DNA of 64,000 nucleotides from contig CP000068.1 in NCBI GenBank assembly GCA_000002445.1, positions 352,001 through 416,000 on the forward strand, read 5' to 3'. The notes under the pieces are model-generated. The model was given only the letters and a program-made list of their open reading frames with translations. It made no database searches and was not told the origin of the DNA. A program made the translations under genes and the position numbers. Source of the DNA: Trypanosoma brucei. Lineage: Eukaryota. Shown here piece by piece: positions 56,750 to 64,000 of this stretch (its first letter is position 1; the number at the start of each line of letters is the position of its first letter).

Positions 56750-58201
56750 ATGGCTCACGTTGCAATCCGGCGACAGCGGGAGGAGGAGCAGCGCGCTCGT
56801 GAACAGGCCCAAGCTGTGGAGAAGCGTATGCGATTGGCTGCTAACTTTGAGACACGGAGTGAGAAGGTTTATGAACAAAAAGATTTAATGCGACGCCTCG
56901 ATCTTGTGCGTGCCAAACACGATGATGCCCTCGTCGCCCGCCGTCAACGACTTGCTGCAATGCTCCTACGAGAGAAGGAAGAACATGAGGCGATGTTAAA
57001 TAATCTCACAGAGACGGATGAGCAGCGACGTGATCGGCTTATTCGGAAAGCGCGCGAACTGCGGGCCCAACAGCAGCATCACCTTCGTGTGGATGCTCAG
57101 AAGCGGCATGAACGTCTCTTTCGTGAAAAGATTGATTGCCTTCGCCTTGCGGAGAGTCGTTTGAGGGTCATGCAAGTTGCTAATGCCCGCTTTGAACAAC
57201 TTGCATTAGCAGAGAGACGCAAGGAGGAGCAGCAGCGGGAGGAGGAATTCTTTGCGCAACAACGGGTTGAGGAGAATCGGCTTGCGAATGAGCGAGCTCA
57301 GAAGGACTTAGAGGAGGATTACATACGAAAGCAGGCTGTTGTAAAGGCGCTAGCGGCACAAGTAGAGGGGAATAAAATGCGGGCGGAACAACACCAACTG
57401 GAGGTTAAGAAAGAGAATGAAGCCTTCTGTCGTGCTGTAGAGGAGGAGAGAGCGGCGGAGGCTCAGAAGAAGATGGAAGCCCGCATCGCCCGAGCAGCAC
57501 TCGCAAAGGAGATGAGTGAATTCAACGAGCAGTTGCGCACTGCGCGGCGGCAGGAATATGAACGACTCCAAAAGGAAGACAGGGAAGTGCTTGACCGAAT
57601 GCTGGCAGAATTGGCGGAGCAAGAGCAGGAGGAAAAGCGGCGTAAACATGAGCTGCGTGCGAATGCCAGGTTGCATCTGAAGGAAGTTGAGAGGCAGATG
57701 AACCAGCGCAAGGAGGATATGGAAAACTTAGACAAACTGTGGGAGGAGGAGAACAACAAGGTGTGGGAAAAGCGCGAGGCCCACTGGCGTGCGGATGAGG
57801 AGAAACGGCGTAAACTCCTGCGTAATGTACTTATCGTACGCCGGCAGCAGGTTCTGGACAAACGGCAACAGGAGAAGGAGGCAGTAGAGAGAGCTGAAGT
57901 AGAGAGACAAGAGTTCCGTAATATGATTGCGGGGTTGGCTGATATTGATGCAATGGAGCGAGCGCAACGTTTTGCAGTGGCAAAGGAAAACCAAAAGTAC
58001 CTCGAGTCTCAGGTGCAACGGCGCAATGCAGAGAAGGAGGAGGTGCGAATGGCAATGAAGACAGCGCTGACTGCTGAGCAAGAGAAGGAGAAGGTACATG
58101 CAGAGAGAATCAAGAGGGAAATAGAGAACTTAGAGCGGGCAAAACCGGAGCGTTACAAGGACGTGCCGCTGTTGCCCCGGCAACGATTCCCACCAATCTA
58201 G
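56750..58201 (+). CDS. Glu/Arg/Lys-rich coiled-coil protein (483 aa), trichohyalin–plectin-homology-like
   Basis: It is almost entirely charged heptad sequence (…REEEQRAREQAQAVEKRMRLAANFETRSEK…RRQQVLDKRQQEKEAVERAEVERQEFRN…). The ATG follows a poly-T/poly-A tract. The composition resembles E/R-rich axonemal coiled-coil (TPH-domain) proteins. Confidence 0.6.
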   Translation: MAHVAIRRQREEEQRAREQAQAVEKRMRLAANFETRSEKVYEQKDLMRRLDLVRAKHDDALVARRQRLAAMLLREKEEHEAMLNNLTETDEQRRDRLIRKARELRAQQQHHLRVDAQKRHERLFREKIDCLRLAESRLRVMQVANARFEQLALAERRKEEQQREEEFFAQQRVEENRLANERAQKDLEEDYIRKQAVVKALAAQVEGNKMRAEQHQLEVKKENEAFCRAVEEERAAEAQKKMEARIARAALAKEMSEFNEQLRTARRQEYERLQKEDREVLDRMLAELAEQEQEEKRRKHELRANARLHLKEVERQMNQRKEDMENLDKLWEEENNKVWEKREAHWRADEEKRRKLLRNVLIVRRQQVLDKRQQEKEAVERAEVERQEFRNMIAGLADIDAMERAQRFAVAKENQKYLESQVQRRNAEKEEVRMAMKTALTAEQEKEKVHAERIKREIENLERAKPERYKDVPLLPRQRFPPI

Positions 58202-59176
58202 ACATAGTGACAGCAAGGTAAATTAAAGCAAAAGCAAAAGCAAAAGTAACGCAAAGGAACGAAAGAGAAAGAGGGGAAGAAGAAAAGAGAGAGAGAGAAA
58301 AAAAAAGAAGGAAGTAGAACAAAAGAGGGAGGGACGTGGTGTGAAATGTGAAAAGGAAAGAATAAATAATCCACAAACGCTCATACACATTCACATGTGC
58401 GTGTGGAAGAGGATAGTTGGATTGTGAGAAAGGTACGTATGTTTTTTTTTATTTATATACGTGTGTGTCTTTGTGTCCTCGTGTTTGCTCGTGTGTGCGG
58501 TAAAGACAGAAAAGAAAAAAAGAAAGCATCTCTTCATATTGCTTCCATTACTTTCTCATTTCGGTTTCCGCGCATGCTTGCTTCAAATAGTGCTGATTAT
58601 ATTTGGTGTGGTGGCTACTGTTGTCTCGAAGATGTATAGGCGGGTGAAGGCGTGCATGTATCAATCCAACCTAATGTCTGATCTCCCCTAATCTTAGCCC
58701 ATTTCCGCCGCTGCGTTTTAAAGTATAAAGAATATTTGTATATATATATATATATATATATGAGTTTGCCGGGGCGGCCTGTTCTTCTTCCTCCCTTTTT
58801 CTTTGCTTCTTTTTTTTTCCTGTTGTGAGAACTGAATGGTGAAAGAAGGGAGATGTTGCTCTAATGGCAACCGTGGGAAGATGTACTTTACCTTTCGCGT
58901 TTTTATAGTGCAGCACGCATATATATATATGTTTGTGTGTCTTTTATTCCCCCCTTTCCTCTTCAATGAACACCTATGCTTTGTAATTTTGTGTGTTAAC
59001 AAATGCCCTTGTAGATTTGTTGATGCTTATTCATTCGTTCATTCACTTTTCCTGTCTTCTGCTCAACATTACTGCCTGCATTGACCCCGACGTCGTTGTA
59101 TTTCAGCCAACAGAAGGCATCGGTACAACGCAGGAGAGCCTCGATCCCGTCCTCACGGATTTGAGTAGCCAATTCT

Positions 59177-60235
59177 ATGCCACTAAATGCTCAACAATTG
59201 TTATTTCACTTAGCACGACGCAATTCTGCCCCACCATGGCGCTGGTTCCCGACTGCAACAGAGAACAAATTGTTTGAGCGACTTGACACGAGCGGTTCTC
59301 CCACAGCGCAAGTTGTTTACTCTCAGTTTGTACAGGCACGCCTTCAGGGGAGTTGCAGTGCAGGCACCGCACCAATTCAGCTCGACTTGTTTTTAGATGA
59401 GTTGACTCCTTCAGACGATGGCGATTACATTTTGAGATGTCCGTTAGCAAACAGTCACTTGATGAAGCGCCTTGTGGTGCCTGCTCCCATGCGGATAGCC
59501 ATGCATGGATTACTGCAGGAAGTTATTGATGTGTTCCAGCAGGCAGGTATTCGTTATTGGGCTGCAGGAGGCACGTTACTTGGGGCCGTACGGCATGGAT
59601 GCATTATTCCGTGGGATGACGATGTGGATTTGGCAATTTCCGTCGAAGATGAGTTGAAGCTCCGATCTGCCTTCAAATACCCGTGCGCCCATGGTAGTGA
59701 TGACAATATCGGTGATAATAGTGGTGATTGCAACTCTGAGTACTCAAGCGAAAGTAGCAGTAATGAAGTTGAGAAGAATGATGGAAACAACGGCGGAAAT
59801 CTGGTACTTGAGTATGTGCCACTCTTTGGGTATAAGGTGTATAGCCGTCTGCTACCGCCCCCTTTCCCTTCACCGTCTTTGCCTGGCGTTGGTAGTTCAT
59901 GCCTAAGGTATGGCTATTTTGTTGATATATTTATTATGCGAGAATCCAAAAACCGCTTTGTTTTGGCTCGGGAGTCCGCTCAGCGGACGTGGCCTGACGA
60001 GTGGTGGCACGTGGATGAGTTGTTTCCATTGCTTCAAAAACCCTTCGCTGCTGTCGCGGCATGTGCGAGTGAGCAGCACCCCCAGACGGCGCTGCAACTA
60101 TCGGTGGGACGGTACCCGCTCATGCATTTGCACCGGTTGTATGGAGAAACGTGCATGCAAGAAGCCCTCATCCCGCGTGAGCTTCACGGCCGTGAGTTAA
60201 GTCACTCGCTCCGAATTCCGTTGGAGTTGCTTTGA
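59177..60235 (+). CDS. LicD/fukutin-family putative phosphotransferase (352 aa)
   Basis: Family core motif YWAAGGTLLGAVRHGCIIPWDDDVDLAI (LicD nucleotidyltransferase-fold / DxD). An acidic, Ser/Asn/Gly-rich insertion (GSDDNIGDNSGDCNSEYSSESSSNEVEKNDGNNGGN) lies between the conserved blocks. Confidence 0.65.
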   Translation: MPLNAQQLLFHLARRNSAPPWRWFPTATENKLFERLDTSGSPTAQVVYSQFVQARLQGSCSAGTAPIQLDLFLDELTPSDDGDYILRCPLANSHLMKRLVVPAPMRIAMHGLLQEVIDVFQQAGIRYWAAGGTLLGAVRHGCIIPWDDDVDLAISVEDELKLRSAFKYPCAHGSDDNIGDNSGDCNSEYSSESSSNEVEKNDGNNGGNLVLEYVPLFGYKVYSRLLPPPFPSPSLPGVGSSCLRYGYFVDIFIMRESKNRFVLARESAQRTWPDEWWHVDELFPLLQKPFAAVAACASEQHPQTALQLSVGRYPLMHLHRLYGETCMQEALIPRELHGRELSHSLRIPLELL

Positions 60236-60283
60236 GGTTCACACCGGAGGGGGAAATGCCGCGAATGTGTGTGCGTGCGTGCG

Positions 60284-60303
60284 TATATATATATATATAT
60301 ATA

Positions 60304-60337
<34 letters not shown>

Positions 60338-60338
60338 G
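60284..60338 (+). repeat. Compound (TA)n(TG)n microsatellite
   Basis: tatatatatatatatatatat gtatat gtgtgtgtgtgtgtgtgtgtgtgtgtg. Confidence 0.9.
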
Positions 60339-60469
60339 AGGAAATCTCCGTTTACCGTTCTTTGAGCGCAGGGTCGCGACACCCCTTCCCATTTATCCCA
60401 TTACAGTTCGTATCGCACATCAAATCTTTTGAAACATGTTGCTCCCCTTCTGTTGAGTATACAACGTCC

Positions 60470-60560
60470 ATTTATTTTTGTGATTTTGGCTATCACCCAC
60501 TTCCTGCCCTCTTTTTATCACTAATTTTTTCCCTTTACTTTTTCGTCCGACGTATCTTTC
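60470..60560 (+). promoter_or_regulatory. Polypyrimidine tract upstream of the fRMsr gene
   Basis: tttttgtgattttggctatcacccacttcctgccctctttttatcactaattttttccctttactttttcgtccg. Confidence 0.35.
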
Positions 60561-60809
60561 CGGCGGTAACGTGGAGAAAGTGAGTTCCGACCCGCCCTCG
60601 TGGTGAGATTATTGAGCACCCGTAGAAACATAAAAAAAAAGGGGGGAGGGAGACAGAGTCTGAAATAGGAAGGCTGCGAAACTAAAGGAAGAATTTGCGA
60701 AAAACACATTATAGGGAGGATATATCGACCAATTATCACTGTTACCATCATCACCATTATAGTTACCATTTTACTTGATTAATACGTTGTTGTGATTCGC
60801 TTACAGTAA

Positions 60810-62540
60810 ATGACCGAAAGCGTTGGAGCTAGCACCCCGACGGGGGGCCGCAGTGACAAAGTGACGTTTTATTCTCGTCTCGTGAAGGAGGTGCAAGGCA
60901 TTGTTGAGTTCCCCAGTAAACGTTTGGCACCTGCCGCCAACGCAATAATTAACCTCAGTAACGTTGCGGCGTCACTTTTCTATGGATTGAATCGACACGC
61001 AAACCCCGAGGCCGTCTTGCAGTCGCCACCCGTCAATTGGCTCGGGTTTTATCTCATGCACGGCCCGGAGCTTCTGGCGTTGGGTCCTTTTCAGGGTCGG
61101 CCGGCCTGCACGGAAATAAAAATGGGTCGCGGTGTTTGTGGGACGGCGGCACAGCAGGCGAAGACGCTTGTCGTTTCCGATGTCCATGAATTTCCGGGCC
61201 ACATTGCCTGCGACTCGGCTTCAAACTCTGAGATTGTGGTCCCAATCAAGTCGGCAGCGGGGGAAGTCGTAGGTATCATAGATGTGGACAGCACGCAGCT
61301 GAACTTCTTTGACGATGTGGATGCACAGGGACTGCAGGAAGTAGCAGAAATTGTAGCGAGGCACGTTGACTTCTCCGTCTTTCATCAATTTTGCACACAA
61401 ATGCCTCTAGCGGGTACTGGCCCCAGTGCGCCTGAGAAGCCGACCGCTAATGTGGGTGCCGGATCTGAAACCCAACCGTCGGTATTACCATCTAACGACG
61501 GCACTGACAAGAACATCAAGGACAAGGTTTGCCTTACAGGATCAGCTGTTGCCGCCCTTTGTGCCTCTGGGCTGGCTGCGAAGGCAGTGACATTACCCCC
61601 AAGCTGTAAGTTGTCCGCGGCCACCATCATGCCTTTATCAAACCACGCGGTACAGGGACAACGCGAAGCTTCGTTAGAGGAGGGCCGGCCATTAGTACAG
61701 GCGTCACCGAGACGCTGGTCGGTGGATATTAGCGGGTGGGAATTTGAGGGGACCGACTTCACGCGGATATTGACACAAGAGGAACTAAAGCAATACGAGG
61801 AGGAGCTTGGCATTGGCTCCATACCAGAGCTACAATTCCCCTTCAACACTCTCCATATCACACCTGTCGCCCGCCATGGTAAAGTTCCACTTTTGAGTTT
61901 CTCCCTGAAAGATCTGTTACGTGCAGCCGCTGCATATTACAAAACTGAGTCTTATCGCGAAACCACCGTTCCTCAGCTTGTTATTCCTGTCTCTGAAACG
62001 TGGAAGCGCACCCCATACGCGGTGTTTGATGCGAAGGTTGACTGGGCATGGCGAAACGACTTTTTTGGCTTTGACAAAAGCTCTTGTACGTTGAAGCCGC
62101 TGGAGCCCACGATGCCTGGCTTAAACTGGGATCTGTTGAGAGATCGTACGCTTCCCATTCTCTTCTTTCACAACTTTGACATGTTGGAAGATGACCTGCA
62201 CGACCACGGTGTGGTGAAGAGTTCTGTTCGAATCCGAGCTATGCCCACGGCCTTCTTCATCCTTCATCGCCACTTTATACGTATCGATCACTACCGCATT
62301 TGGATTCGTGACGTGCGCATCTTTCATCAGTACGAGGTGCGGCGCGAGAATGGGGAACCACACATTGTTGTGCGTGAAGAAGTGCGGCTGCTTGACATTA
62401 ACAACGATGTGCAGTGGAGTGAGAAGGATTCCGATGAATGCGCCCAGTTGGCGAAACTTGAGAGTGAACAGGAGTACTACGTGAGTTTTGACAGGGATTC
62501 GGCGGGACGGGGATGGTGGAACACTATTAACACATCGTAG
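60810..62540 (+). CDS. fRMsr: Free methionine-(R)-sulfoxide reductase (GAF-domain fRMsr) fused to a C-terminal extension of about 380 aa; 576 aa
   Basis: The N-terminal 170 aa match the fRMsr/YebR/YKL069W GAF fold: WLGFYLM…LALGPFQGRPACTEIKMGRGVCGTAAQQAKTLVVSDVHEFPGHIACDSASNSEIVVPIKSAAGEVVGIIDVDS. The three catalytic Cys positions are present. A further 400 residues follow with no similarity I can place from sequence alone. Confidence 0.8.
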   Translation: MTESVGASTPTGGRSDKVTFYSRLVKEVQGIVEFPSKRLAPAANAIINLSNVAASLFYGLNRHANPEAVLQSPPVNWLGFYLMHGPELLALGPFQGRPACTEIKMGRGVCGTAAQQAKTLVVSDVHEFPGHIACDSASNSEIVVPIKSAAGEVVGIIDVDSTQLNFFDDVDAQGLQEVAEIVARHVDFSVFHQFCTQMPLAGTGPSAPEKPTANVGAGSETQPSVLPSNDGTDKNIKDKVCLTGSAVAALCASGLAAKAVTLPPSCKLSAATIMPLSNHAVQGQREASLEEGRPLVQASPRRWSVDISGWEFEGTDFTRILTQEELKQYEEELGIGSIPELQFPFNTLHITPVARHGKVPLLSFSLKDLLRAAAAYYKTESYRETTVPQLVIPVSETWKRTPYAVFDAKVDWAWRNDFFGFDKSSCTLKPLEPTMPGLNWDLLRDRTLPILFFHNFDMLEDDLHDHGVVKSSVRIRAMPTAFFILHRHFIRIDHYRIWIRDVRIFHQYEVRRENGEPHIVVREEVRLLDINNDVQWSEKDSDECAQLAKLESEQEYYVSFDRDSAGRGWWNTINTS

Positions 62541-63316
62541 GAAGTTCTTTTCGCCCTTAACCCTTCATTTATCAAACGCTGATTTTGTTTTTCTGCTGTA
62601 TACTTTTCGTTCATTTATCTTCATCTTTCTCTAGGTGTCATTGTCAGTGTTGTGATTTATGTTGGGCGTGTGCTTTCTCTCTTACAACACATTGTCTCGG
62701 CACCTTTTAATGCGGCTTTGCCGTTGAAGATAAATCACCGCACTACCGTTTTCCTCTCCCCTCCCTCTTTCTTTTTCTTTCTCTTTCTGTCTCCCTCCGG
62801 TCCCATTGTTTCATTCTTCATTCTTTTTCTCTCTTGGTGCGTGCCTAAATTTTGTGTTGTGTGATAAATAAAGAAATGTTTTTTTGTTTTAAATGAAAGA
62901 AGCGGGGAAAGGGAGGCGGTGCGGGAAAGGTAGTGAATAACATTGATGCAGCGAGAAAGGTTATTGTTTAGCAAAAGGAGGAGGATGAAACTGAGAAGAG
63001 TATGTTGAAGGAAACGCTGTGCGGAAAGGGAGGCGTAATCTGTTGGGCATTAGTGGATTGCGATTCCATTTGTTACTACAGCTCCTGTGACGTTACATTA
63101 ATATTTTCTAGTCAGCACACAATTATGTGCGTATACGTTTTTGTTTTGTGTATGTGTTGTTTTGCTCATATATTCTCCCATGTTTCTAATATTTTGGTGA
63201 ATAACAAGGAAAAAAAATATATTAAAAAAGACAAGAAAGAGCAAAAAGGTGCCTAAGGTAAGATACGTTGTGTAACTTGCACTTTTTTTTTTTTTACTTC
63301 TTAAAGACTATAGAGG

Positions 63317-64000
63317 ATGGTGTCTTGTTTCGTGCGGCCGGTGGATGTCTTTGGGAACCCCAAGACTGCCCTCGGTGAGAACCTAGAGCCGCAGCATACA
63401 TGGCTGGAATGGATATTTATGCCGCGTCACAAGCCCCTCTTCCACAACTTTTCCTCCAATGCGAGAGCAGGTTTGACAGTGGCGCTTGTCAACGTCCCAT
63501 TGAGTATTGCACTCGCCATTGGCAGCGGTGCCACACCTGAGCAGGGAATAGTGAGTTGCGTATGGGCAGGGACGGTGGCCACTATTGTGGGATCTTCGCA
63601 TTTCAACGTTGTCGGACCAACCGGTGCGCTCAGTGGCCTTCTCGCCTCAATGGTTGCCGCTCGTGGCCCCGGGGTTCTTTCACCACTGGCGTTGCAAGCC
63701 GCGTTGTGGATATTTCTTTTCTTTCTTTTGCGTGTCAACCGTCTCCTGCGCTACGTGAGCTCCGGTGTGGCGCATGGATTTGGTTGTGGCGTTGCCATAG
63801 TTATCGCTGTTGGACAAATTCCATCAGCCTTAGGCCTGAAGAACGTGACACCGCACGAGTCACTGGTGGAGAAGCTTAAGGAAGATTACAGAAGAATCGA
63901 CACCATTAGCATACCCGACACGTTGCTGTTTCTCTCCACAATCTTACCTCTACTCATACTCTCGAAGCGGTACAATAAAATCCCCTGGCAGATCGTGTTT
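63317..64000 (+). CDS. SulP/SLC26-family sulfate(anion) transporter, 5' portion (runs off the window end)
   Basis: Open frame from ATG 63317 to the window edge (228 codons, no stop). It has the SulP N-terminal signature …FSSNARAGLTVALVNVPLSIALAIGSGATPEQGIVS…IVGSSHFNVVGPTGALSGLLA…. It is not in the ORF track because it has no stop codon in the window. Confidence 0.75.
   Translation, partial: MVSCFVRPVDVFGNPKTALGENLEPQHTWLEWIFMPRHKPLFHNFSSNARAGLTVALVNVPLSIALAIGSGATPEQGIVSCVWAGTVATIVGSSHFNVVGPTGALSGLLASMVAARGPGVLSPLALQAALWIFLFFLLRVNRLLRYVSSGVAHGFGCGVAIVIAVGQIPSALGLKNVTPHESLVEKLKEDYRRIDTISIPDTLLFLSTILPLLILSKRYNKIPWQIVF

Overview
This window looks like a single co-directional polycistronic gene array from an African trypanosome (Trypanosoma brucei-group) nuclear chromosome. 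The evidence is that all convincing genes lie on the + strand, are separated by 1-3.4 kb AT-rich spacers with polypyrimidine tracts and (TA)n/(CA)n microsatellites, and have no introns. Several gene products also match T. brucei features, for example a 655-aa PEX5 and a choline/ethanolamine kinase.

Genes recognised, 5' to 3':
- threonyl-tRNA synthetase
- PEX5
- ribosomal protein uL2 (L2/L8)
- a giant 6062-aa repeat protein
- a multi-pass membrane protein
- choline/ethanolamine kinase
- a Prp43/DHX15-type DEAH helicase
- a small secreted MANF/ARMET-like CXXC protein
- two coiled-coil proteins
- exosome subunit CSL4
- a 3-ketoacyl-CoA-reductase-type SDR
- a LicD/fukutin-family transferase
- a GAF-domain free-Met-R-sulfoxide reductase with a long C-terminal extension
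- the 5' part of a SulP sulfate transporter

The dominant feature is the 18.2 kb giant ORF. It contains about 10.3 near-identical tandem copies of a 1251-bp (417-aa) unit, a 12.9 kb array. All the minus-strand 'ORFs' in the six-frame track at 14.9-27.5 kb are antisense artefacts of this array.

Other points of interest:
- a 430-bp, about 99.8% identical direct repeat pair bracketing the helicase and MANF-like genes
- lineage-specific insertions in housekeeping enzymes
- the unusual domain fusions

The ORF track uses non-ATG starts (TTG/GTG). I re-set those starts to the first in-frame ATG. No tRNA, rRNA, CRISPR or transposon signatures were found.
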